Shown: positions 26,523 through 34,742 of the stretch, one piece after another | How positions within the stretch are numbered: position 1 is the first letter of the stretch | How the letters are laid out: each line of letters opens with the position of its first letter | Virus record (IMG/VR): IMGVR_UViG_3300013307_000018 | Coordinates: 144,312-185,970 of that record | From: a virus | Taxonomy: Duplodnaviria > Heunggongvirae > Uroviricota > Caudoviricetes | Reading direction: 5' to 3' (one strand) | Length of the DNA: 41,659 bases | Made by a program: the position numbers and the translations under genes | The notes under the pieces: generated by a model | What the model saw: only the letters and a program-made list of their open reading frames with translations | Told to the model about the DNA's origin: nothing | The model's database searches: none

Positions 26523-29201
26523 ATGCAGCATAAGAAAAATGAAGAATCGCTGGTAAGTGAATTCCAGCGGATGGATTTCTTCAAAAATAATGATGTCGCC
26601 CAGGCGATTGTGACCAAAATGGTTCCGCAGGTCGCACAATCCCGGACGCGGGGGAACGGTAACGACGACATCATCCCTGACCAATCCACACTGGAACGCA
26701 TCAGTAAAATGGTGGCATCGGATATCGATGACGCTCACAACATGATGCAAATCCACACGGACCTCGGTCTGGCAAAAGAAATCATGGTGTCGTTGATTAT
26801 CGCACCCAAAGACCTGTTAACCCACAAACTGATTTGGGGGACCGGCAAGTGCGATTTACCCACCGGTTTGGTCGGCGCAATCACAGACCACCTCTCAACC
26901 TATTTTGACCAGGGCTATAAAATTAACGACCTGTTAATTCCGGCCTGTGAAGATGCCCTGTTTAACACTGGCAGTTACCCGTTGGTTATCATCCCGGAAA
27001 GCTCACTGGATGACATCATTAACCAGAACGGTCGTATCTCAGTAGAATCCCTGCAGAGCGATACCCGTCTGTTTGAAGACGGCCACGCCAAAAACATTGG
27101 GATTCTGGGTCCGGGTAATGCGGTGGTGGGTGACGGTAAAGAACGCAAAGTCGTCCAGACGGTACGCAAGGGCTTTGGTCTGGAATCCCTCTCGGGGTTG
27201 TCACACGTCGATGTACGCTCCAGCCCGTGGTTTGATGACAAACTCCGTATTCTCGACTCCACCGATAACCTGAAATTCCCACTGCTGCAAGAACGCTTGA
27301 CGCAGGAGATGTTACGTGACCGCATGAACTACGGTAACGTGGCACTGGAAAGTCTGGAGCGGGATAAAGAACTCGAGTCCCTACAGGATGCGTTGTTTGT
27401 ACGGCGCCCGACCCGTAACATTCCTGTGATTGGGATTGACGCTGCGGGCAACAGCTCACGTCTGCCGAAAGGGCATCCGTTGGTGATGAAGCTGCCGTCG
27501 GAGTCGATTATCCCGGTTCACACACCAGGCAGTCCCACTGACCACCTGGGTTACTTTGTCATGATTGATGAGTTTGGTAACCCGGTGACGCGTGCACAGT
27601 CTCAGGACTACTACAAACAGCTCACGTCCAACATGAACTCCAAGCTTGACAACTACGGCAGTCAAGCCAAATCGTTGCTGAGTAACGTACAGGCGTTTAT
27701 GGGGCCGAACTGCGAGACCTCCAAGTTTGATGGCATGCAGCTTATCAGTGCCTATGGCGGGATGTTAAAGCATGAACTGCTGACTCGCCTCAAACGCGGA
27801 CTGTACGGTGAGAACGTGGAGCTGTCGGATATCGCCGGACAAATCTACACGGTGATGCTGTCTCGTACCCTGGCGAACCTGCACACGTCACTGCTTTACG
27901 TGCCGGTGGAACAATGTACCTACATCGCGTTCGACTACAACAATGCTGGGTGTGGGAAGTCACTGCTGAGTGATGTGAAAATCCTGGCTGCTCTGCGTTC
28001 CACGCTGTTGTTTACCGACACCATGATTGCGCTGAAGAATGCGGTTCCCCACCGTAAGGTTGCCCTGGCGCTGGATGAGACTGACCCAGACCCGGATAAA
28101 ACCATTTCCCTGGTGCAGAACGAGTTTGCCAAGACGTTGAACTACGCGTTCCCGTTAGGGGTGACTGACCCGAAAGAACAAATCGACATGTTACAAAAAG
28201 CAGGCGTGACCTGGGAAATTACGGGACACCCCCAATACCCCACCACGTCCCTGCAAGTCGAAACCACGAATTCTCAGTTTGCTCGCATCGAACCGGAGTT
28301 TGCTGAGAACATCCGTAACATGATGTTCATGGGGATTGGTATTCCTCCTGAAATCGTGGACTCCAGCCTGAACGTAGAATTTGCGGCCTCTGTGTATTCC
28401 AGCAACTTACTACTTGCTAAGCGTTCGGCACAGAAGCAACAAATCCTCACGGGCTTCATGGTGGATTTTGTCCGCAAATATGTCAGCAGTGACGGTACGC
28501 TGATGCAGGAACTGCGCGACATCATTGATGGTCACCGGGAAGACCTGAAGAAAATGCGAGAGGGGGACGAGGAGCTTCGCTATTCAAACGTGATTAAGAT
28601 GTACCTGGATGCGTTGAAACTGACGTTACCGGCTGCAGACCAAGCCCGTGTGAAAACGCAGCTCGAAGCAGTGAACGACCAGATTGCACTTTACGACGCC
28701 TTGTTGCCAGTGGCTATCAACGAAACCGTATTGCGCGAGATGATGGGTGAGGACTACGAGCAATACGCCGATGCCGTGATTCAGGCTGTTCGCAGTAATC
28801 TGCTGATGGACTGGATGGTACAGGAAAACATCGCCCCTGAGATTCAGAAGTTGGTCCGTAAAGCCGACGATGAAAACCCAGGCTACGACTTCCTGACCGC
28901 ACGACTGGAGCACGTCGAAGCCCTCTCTGTGACCATTGCGGAGTACGTGAAGAAGCTGGCTAATCGCAATGGCGGTACCGATGAGAACGCAGACGCAGGG
29001 GGTTCAGGTGACGCTGGCAACAACGACACTGATGGTGGCACCGCTGATTTTGATGATGGTATGGATTTTGGAGCTGGTTTTGACGAAACGACGCCAGGCG
29101 AAACGCCGTCCGATGACGGTAGCGACGCAGAAGGCGATACGACGACACCGCCAGAAGACGAAGAGAATCCTGACGGCACCACACCACCTACAACCTTTTA
29201 A
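26523..29201 (+). CDS. Portal protein (phiKZ gp129-like)
   Basis: 892 aa. Motifs GHPLVMKLPSESIIPVH.PG.P..HLGYFV.IDE.GNP and FDYN..GCGKSLL, protease-type S/A/G-x-E sites and an acidic tail. Size and synteny match phiKZ-like portals. Confidence 0.75.
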   Translation: MQHKKNEESLVSEFQRMDFFKNNDVAQAIVTKMVPQVAQSRTRGNGNDDIIPDQSTLERISKMVASDIDDAHNMMQIHTDLGLAKEIMVSLIIAPKDLLTHKLIWGTGKCDLPTGLVGAITDHLSTYFDQGYKINDLLIPACEDALFNTGSYPLVIIPESSLDDIINQNGRISVESLQSDTRLFEDGHAKNIGILGPGNAVVGDGKERKVVQTVRKGFGLESLSGLSHVDVRSSPWFDDKLRILDSTDNLKFPLLQERLTQEMLRDRMNYGNVALESLERDKELESLQDALFVRRPTRNIPVIGIDAAGNSSRLPKGHPLVMKLPSESIIPVHTPGSPTDHLGYFVMIDEFGNPVTRAQSQDYYKQLTSNMNSKLDNYGSQAKSLLSNVQAFMGPNCETSKFDGMQLISAYGGMLKHELLTRLKRGLYGENVELSDIAGQIYTVMLSRTLANLHTSLLYVPVEQCTYIAFDYNNAGCGKSLLSDVKILAALRSTLLFTDTMIALKNAVPHRKVALALDETDPDPDKTISLVQNEFAKTLNYAFPLGVTDPKEQIDMLQKAGVTWEITGHPQYPTTSLQVETTNSQFARIEPEFAENIRNMMFMGIGIPPEIVDSSLNVEFAASVYSSNLLLAKRSAQKQQILTGFMVDFVRKYVSSDGTLMQELRDIIDGHREDLKKMREGDEELRYSNVIKMYLDALKLTLPAADQARVKTQLEAVNDQIALYDALLPVAINETVLREMMGEDYEQYADAVIQAVRSNLLMDWMVQENIAPEIQKLVRKADDENPGYDFLTARLEHVEALSVTIAEYVKKLANRNGGTDENADAGGSGDAGNNDTDGGTADFDDGMDFGAGFDETTPGETPSDDGSDAEGDTTTPPEDEENPDGTTPPTTF

Positions 29202-29205
29202 AGCC

Positions 29206-29268
29206 AAAAAATAAAAGGGCATGCATAGGAGAGAGTCTACCCGTAGGTAGACTCTCTCTTTTATGCCG
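29206..29268. terminator. Bidirectional hairpin terminator
   Basis: GAGAGAGTCTACC-CGTA-GGTAGACTCTCTC with GCATA/TATGC outer arms, an A-run on the left and a T-run on the right, between convergent genes. Confidence 0.85.
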
Positions 29269-29272
29269 TGGA

Positions 29273-31576
29273 TTAACGTTTGAGGATAATCACTTTACCG
29301 TCACCCATCCAACCCTGGTGAATGGTAAAGCGGGTACCGTCTGCCAGAATCAGCACACGTTTGAAGAAGCCTGCTTTGCCATCTTCACGCAGCGTGGCTT
29401 TCATGATAGTGCTCACCAGATTGTACACTGTTGGTGCAGAGGTTTCGGTGATAACAAATTCTGGTTTGTCTGCAAACACGCCCAGTTCAGTACTGGTGTA
29501 GTTGAGACGCGCCAGCGTGGTTTCACGACGCAGTAAGACCGTCTGCTCAACCGCCGGGCCGTATTCACCCGCATCATCTTTACGTACCGAGATACAACGC
29601 AGTGGCGCCATGAACTCGGCGATGTTGCGACTCAGGGCCTGCAGGAACTTCTCTCCCTTGTTGGTTTTCAGGTATTCTGGCAGTGCTGCGCCATCTTCAG
29701 CAAAACTGGTGATGGTGACTTCCAGACCCAGTTCCGTGGTCAGTACGCTGTTGACGTACTCAGTGATTTGCCCATCAATCGCTGCCCACAAATCAGCAGG
29801 GATATCCCCGGCAATGCGTTCCAGCTCTTTGGCCATGTCTACCATGCTTTTCAGCTGAGACTGTTTGGTGAACGGTGTCAGGGTTTCAATCACGTCTTCA
29901 GCATCTTTCTCCACGAGATACGGGGTGGTTTCAACATAACGGGTAACCAGCAATGGCACGTCAGAGGCATCGAAGTTATCGTTGACCAGCGTTGACTGTG
30001 CAGAATACAGCGCATGTTGTTCAGAGAAAAACACGCCGTCTGCCAGGTCTACGTTGACGATTTGTTCCGCTGCTAATTTACCGAGTACCAGCTTTTTCTC
30101 AGCGTCGCTTTCGTTTGGCGTTGCGGTGGCCATGGCATCTTCACGTGAAGGTTCCAGTTCCGGTGCCACGTACGCTACACCGTCTTTGGCTTTTTCACGA
30201 GCTTGCTCTTCCTGAAGCTCCCAGGTTTCTTTGGCCGCTTCCAGACGTCCGTCGATAATTTTCTGACGGCCCTCAACCAGTTCACCGAGTGTATGGACCG
30301 CAGCAGTGGCTGGATCAAACATGTTACGGCGACCGTTGTTTTTCTCATGCGCCCGTGAACTCACAGTGGAGGATACGGCGGCAGATTTTTGTAAGATGGC
30401 GTGGTCATCGTAATTCACGCTGTTCTCCTCAATGCATTGGATGAAACACTGGCGTTTGGTGTCGTACGCAATCCGACGCGTACGGGTAGCCGGAGTATAA
30501 CCGATTTCCCAAGGGAAGTCTGGGTCCGGTTTGGTGCGCCAATCTTCAATGGTGAATTCCATATACCCGTCTGCGGTTTCTTTACCGAAAATCAGTGCGG
30601 GTACGTCGGGGTTACTGCTGATACGTTCCATGAATTGTGGTGTGCCGGAGGCATTGCCCTGCACCTGGCTTTTCGGTTGCTCAAACTCATCATCGAACGA
30701 CACCTTTGGATCGTCCCACTCAAAGTTACTGCTTTCCCAACTGCCTGCAGCGGTGGCAGCGGCTTCGTGCTGTTCCGCCACTTCACGACCCACCGGTGCA
30801 TGCTGTGGGTCTTCTGGGTTGAAGCGACCCCCGGTGCTGGTGTTGCTACGGCTACGCCAACCTCCTTCACGGACTTTCATGAACTGGGGTGTTTGTGATT
30901 CGGCTGCACGCAATACGGGATTAGGACGGGACTGGGCAGGCTCTTGATGTGCCGGTCCACTGTAACGTCCACCACTGCGCGGTTGGTAGTTGTTACCTAC
31001 TGGTGCCGCTGCCGCTTGACGTGGATTGGCGCCAGCGGGCTGTCCCGGTACGGCAAATGCTGCATTGTTGTTCGACGGATACCCGGGGGCTTGTGCCGGT
31101 GCGCCTGCATACGGTACAGCATCCCATCCATTCGCCTGCGGACGCGGCTGTGGTGCACCACGAGGCGCGGGGATACTGGTGTTGTACGCCGGTGCCGCAT
31201 AACGCGCATTCGCCTGGGCTTGCCATTGGTTGATTTGGTTAGACAGACCCTGCGCTTCCTGCGCCCACTGTAACCAGGCATTATAATCCGCCTGAGACAT
31301 GCGTTGTGCCAGATCAGGATAACGGGTGGCGGTCATACCACACGTACAGTAGTATACCGTTGAAATCGCTTGATTGATGTCAGCCTGTTGCCCACCGGCT
31401 GACCACATTTGCAGTACTTCAGTCAGAGTCGACACCATCCGCTGGAAGAACTCATTATTGTAAGTATTCTGCGTTGCTAACTGCCACACGTACTGTTGGA
31501 CCGGGCCGGCGTTAGCATTTTGTTGGATAAAATCAGCCAGATATTGTGGAAGATTCTGGTTAGGTTGTGCGTACAT
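29273..31576 (-). CDS. Hypothetical protein with a Q/P/A-rich disordered region
   Basis: 767-aa ORF with AGGA SD and biased codon usage. Appears co-transcribed after the nvRNAP subunit. Confidence 0.8.
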   Translation of the reverse strand: MYAQPNQNLPQYLADFIQQNANAGPVQQYVWQLATQNTYNNEFFQRMVSTLTEVLQMWSAGGQQADINQAISTVYYCTCGMTATRYPDLAQRMSQADYNAWLQWAQEAQGLSNQINQWQAQANARYAAPAYNTSIPAPRGAPQPRPQANGWDAVPYAGAPAQAPGYPSNNNAAFAVPGQPAGANPRQAAAAPVGNNYQPRSGGRYSGPAHQEPAQSRPNPVLRAAESQTPQFMKVREGGWRSRSNTSTGGRFNPEDPQHAPVGREVAEQHEAAATAAGSWESSNFEWDDPKVSFDDEFEQPKSQVQGNASGTPQFMERISSNPDVPALIFGKETADGYMEFTIEDWRTKPDPDFPWEIGYTPATRTRRIAYDTKRQCFIQCIEENSVNYDDHAILQKSAAVSSTVSSRAHEKNNGRRNMFDPATAAVHTLGELVEGRQKIIDGRLEAAKETWELQEEQAREKAKDGVAYVAPELEPSREDAMATATPNESDAEKKLVLGKLAAEQIVNVDLADGVFFSEQHALYSAQSTLVNDNFDASDVPLLVTRYVETTPYLVEKDAEDVIETLTPFTKQSQLKSMVDMAKELERIAGDIPADLWAAIDGQITEYVNSVLTTELGLEVTITSFAEDGAALPEYLKTNKGEKFLQALSRNIAEFMAPLRCISVRKDDAGEYGPAVEQTVLLRRETTLARLNYTSTELGVFADKPEFVITETSAPTVYNLVSTIMKATLREDGKAGFFKRVLILADGTRFTIHQGWMGDGKVIILKR

Positions 31577-31603
31577 GTCAGTTCCTGTGCTTTTGTAAAC
31601 CGG

Positions 31604-33226
31604 TTATCGCTGTATCTTACGCTGAATATCATCAAGCTGCTCAATACGTTCTGGGTCGCGTTCAATAGAGCCGTCTTTGCGGATATTGACATACGGGTTA
31701 GCGCGAGACCGGCCAGTGGGTTCAGACTTAGGCAGGTTTCGGATACTTCCGACCTCGAAGATGGAGCTGTGCATGAGCTTCGCGGGGTCGGATACAGACG
31801 ATTTCGGATTCTGCTTGCCTTTGTTAGAAGCATCCGTTTGTAGCACCAGGTTGGCTGTCATTCTGAAGAAATAGTTGTCGCCCGGTGTGGTGATGTTAGA
31901 GGACTCACCGTGTTCGCCTTTGCGTATATCCAAAACCGCACCCATGCGGAGTTGCTTGTTCAAGAAGGTATCGATATCTTTTTCGATGACTTCCTTTTTG
32001 TTGTAGTTGTTAAATTTCCAGGAGAAGTTGAATATCGAACTGACGATATCAAACAGCGAATAGCGCAGGACGGTCAATCGTTTCCCGTACATGTCTGCGG
32101 TGTCCGTGTTACGGATACGCTCTCCCATGGTCTCGATGATGTGCTGACAGAACTCGTAGATGTCTTCTACGATGATGTTGTCATCACGCAGCATTTGTTG
32201 TGATTTCAAGTCCAGATACGTATCGAGCGACCGTAAGTGAACATCGATGAGTTCCACGAGCTTGCCTTCGTTGTTGTTGCCCCGCCAGATGATTTTACCC
32301 AGCAGAATACACCACAACCGTTCTGACTCGGCATACTCTTTCGTGATGCGGTCAGGGAAGTGGTCAACCACGTAGAAGAAGCTCGCAATGTAACTGCGGG
32401 TAACGGCGTTGTAGTCCTCACGACGAATCGCCAGATGGATGTTGGATGGAATATAGTTCTTAGGGTTAACCTTCACTCCCTTTGGACGAATCCCGGTAGA
32501 CCGACAAATCACCCACTCACGCGGGTCGAATTCGCTCGGGTCAAACGGCCCGTCGTTCAATACCGGTATGGTGTTGGTGAATCGGGCAAAGGCTTCGGTG
32601 AACCCATACTTCGCAAAGAAGTAGTGGACTATCGAGGTCTTTGCATCAATGACCACGGTCTGGTCCTGCATCTGATTACGGGGAAGCTTTTTACCGAACT
32701 GGTTATGCAGTGCTGACCACACAACGTAATCGGTTTCATCTTCTTCGTTGGCTTTGAAGCTGTGCATGGTGCGCTGATAAATCAGACGGGCACAACTCAC
32801 CGGCATGAACACGGTGTCTTTCACCACGGAGATAGACACATCCGACAGCACCGGACTGATGTAATACACGGAATCGTAAATACGCATTGACCCTGCTTGC
32901 CCCACGAACGGCAGATAGATGTAGCGTGGCTTCAGGGCTTTCCCGTTAAAGGACAACAGGTATTTCACCATATAGACATCGGACTGGGTCAGCTCAAACA
33001 TCTGCTTGGTGCGTTTGCGGGTGATTTCCGAGTACTCTTCATTCGGTGTACAACGTACGTAACCTTTGTATTCCAGACCCGGTGGAAAACGTTTCGCTGC
33101 CGCTCGCCAGATGTCGTCGATATACTGCTCGACATAAGCCATCTGTGATACAGCAAATCCATCCACTACTAGCCGATTGAACTTCGGCATGCGTTCATGG
33201 ATTTTAGCGGCGAGTCTTGGCTCCAC
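31604..33226 (-). CDS. Non-virion RNA polymerase beta subunit, N-terminal part (phiKZ gp123-like)
   Basis: 540 aa. Motifs YIYLPFV..G....YYISPVLSD, MYGKRL.VLRY.L.DI and HSSIFEVGS..LPKSEPTGRSRANP. Position next to the capsid and helicase genes matches phiKZ. Confidence 0.8.
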   Translation of the reverse strand: MEPRLAAKIHERMPKFNRLVVDGFAVSQMAYVEQYIDDIWRAAAKRFPPGLEYKGYVRCTPNEEYSEITRKRTKQMFELTQSDVYMVKYLLSFNGKALKPRYIYLPFVGQAGSMRIYDSVYYISPVLSDVSISVVKDTVFMPVSCARLIYQRTMHSFKANEEDETDYVVWSALHNQFGKKLPRNQMQDQTVVIDAKTSIVHYFFAKYGFTEAFARFTNTIPVLNDGPFDPSEFDPREWVICRSTGIRPKGVKVNPKNYIPSNIHLAIRREDYNAVTRSYIASFFYVVDHFPDRITKEYAESERLWCILLGKIIWRGNNNEGKLVELIDVHLRSLDTYLDLKSQQMLRDDNIIVEDIYEFCQHIIETMGERIRNTDTADMYGKRLTVLRYSLFDIVSSIFNFSWKFNNYNKKEVIEKDIDTFLNKQLRMGAVLDIRKGEHGESSNITTPGDNYFFRMTANLVLQTDASNKGKQNPKSSVSDPAKLMHSSIFEVGSIRNLPKSEPTGRSRANPYVNIRKDGSIERDPERIEQLDDIQRKIQR

Positions 33227-33236
33227 GGTGTACTCC

Positions 33237-34472
33237 TCAATCTTTCTTCGTTTTTACATAAATACCGTACAGGGTTGCTGCACCGGTAACAATGATACCA
33301 ATCGCCTTCACGATATTACTGATGTTATCCAGGTCTCGTCCCGTCTCCTCTCTTTCCATCTTGCGCATGGTACTCTCGTGCTTGACTTCCTCAAGCCTGC
33401 GTCTTGCCTCAAACTCCTGCATCTTCATTTGATGTTCGAGTTCTTTCTTCTGTTGGTCTAATTCGTCTATGCGTCTCTCCCACATGCGTTTACGTTCATT
33501 CCACTCACGGTCACTCTCTTCAATGCGCCGTTTGAGTTGGTCGTTTTCCCGGTCGTTCTCAAGTTTCTGTCGTCTAAAGTCTTCCTCTTCTAACTTACGT
33601 TCATGGGCAATCCTGTCCAGCTCTTCCTTTCGTGCAGTCTGCATATCACCCAGAGTTCTGGCCAACTCAATCGTGGTAAACATCCGAAGCATCGTCAGGT
33701 CGTCTTTACAGGCTTGGTCGTAGTCATCCATCGTGTAATGTTTCAGCGTAGCCGGTGGTGGTAGTCCGACTGCACCTAACGCACGATTGTTGTCTTTGAA
33801 ATGCAACCCGTCAGGCAGGTCTGGTCTGCGGCAAGCCGGTACCAGATATATCCGCCCGTTGATGTTGACATACCGTGGCCCTATCCGTCCGTTGTTGTCA
33901 ACCAGTCGAATACCAAACACGAACTGGTCAGCTTCAACGAGTCCTGGTGTGGTCACCAGTTCATTGTGAAACGCCCCGTGGCGTTCATAAGGGTGGTGCG
34001 GTATCTCCGTCCTGGACAGACTCAACACCACATCCAGATTACGATAATACACACTGATATTCTGCCGGATGCTATCCAGCGGAATCTCATAGACTACCGT
34101 GGCACTCCTGGTTTGAGAACGATAGACCATAGGGGATGCAAATCGTGAATCCAGCGCCTCGATAAACGCAACGCGGTTGGGGTCACTATCTGATATGTCG
34201 GGTCTGTCAAGAATTACATCAGTACCAACCATCAGGTCGTCATACGTCACGGTAACGTACAGACTTCGATTAAGCTCCCGGCGCCGGCTCGGGATACTTT
34301 CTAATCTGCATGCTACCCCACGTCGGTCAACGACAGTGACTGCCTGACCGGTATGGTTGTAGTACGACACCCGAGTTGTAAGGCCTGGAGTATCATGATG
34401 AGTAAACAGGTTGTTCGCACCTGTTGGTACGCTGTCCTCAATCACAATGCCCCGGGAGTTAATAAAAGTCAT
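33237..34472 (-). CDS. Hypothetical protein with a long charged coiled coil and a C-terminal hydrophobic helix
   Basis: Likely ATG at 34472. E/R/K-rich heptad region followed by IVKAIGIIVTGAATLYGIYV and KTKKD. Confidence 0.8.
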   Translation of the reverse strand: MTFINSRGIVIEDSVPTGANNLFTHHDTPGLTTRVSYYNHTGQAVTVVDRRGVACRLESIPSRRRELNRSLYVTVTYDDLMVGTDVILDRPDISDSDPNRVAFIEALDSRFASPMVYRSQTRSATVVYEIPLDSIRQNISVYYRNLDVVLSLSRTEIPHHPYERHGAFHNELVTTPGLVEADQFVFGIRLVDNNGRIGPRYVNINGRIYLVPACRRPDLPDGLHFKDNNRALGAVGLPPPATLKHYTMDDYDQACKDDLTMLRMFTTIELARTLGDMQTARKEELDRIAHERKLEEEDFRRQKLENDRENDQLKRRIEESDREWNERKRMWERRIDELDQQKKELEHQMKMQEFEARRRLEEVKHESTMRKMEREETGRDLDNISNIVKAIGIIVTGAATLYGIYVKTKKD

Positions 34473-34519
34473 AGTCGCCACCCGACCTGTGAACAAAGAT
34501 AGTACTACCTACACATGCA

Positions 34520-34531
34520 AGTAATATATGT
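34520..34531 (-). promoter_or_regulatory. Putative early (virion RNAP) promoter, TATTAC type
   Basis: Minus strand AAACATATATTACT in AT-rich intergenic DNA upstream of the operon containing the nvRNAP subunit. TATTAC is the phiKZ early promoter core. Confidence 0.6.
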
Positions 34532-34579
34532 TTATGTTCTTTTTATTTGGTTAAATCCCAATGAGGTTTTTACTCAGCG

Positions 34580-34646
34580 AAAAAATAAAATAGACTGACG
34601 GCATAGCAGGCTCTCTACCCGCAAAGGTAGAGAGCCTGTATGTGTC
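34580..34646 (-). terminator. Terminator of the capsid gene
   Basis: CAGGCTCTCTACC-loop-GGTAGAGAGCCTG stem with outer arms. The minus strand continues CTATGCCGTC..TATTTTATTTTTT. Confidence 0.85.
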
Positions 34647-34682
34647 TTTCGCCGTTTACCGTTGGCTACGTACTTATCACGG

Positions 34683-34742
34683 CTACTCGAATGGAGTCGC
34701 GTGCAATCCGTCAAGTACGCGGTTACGGATTACGGTGCCCAG
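34683..34742 (-). other. In-frame readthrough extension of the capsid protein (LGTVIRNRVLDGLHATPFE*)
   Basis: Translated by hand after the TGA at 34743-34745; ends at TAG 34683-34685. Matches the fibre-family linker motif and overlaps a 9-bp hairpin. Confidence 0.6.

Noticed and set aside
26486-26701. N-terminal extensions given by the ORF track (827-aa wedge, 169-aa i-spanin, 289-aa paralog, 230-aa RuvC)
   Set aside because: They overlap neighbouring genes or terminators, and better SD-supported starts exist downstream.
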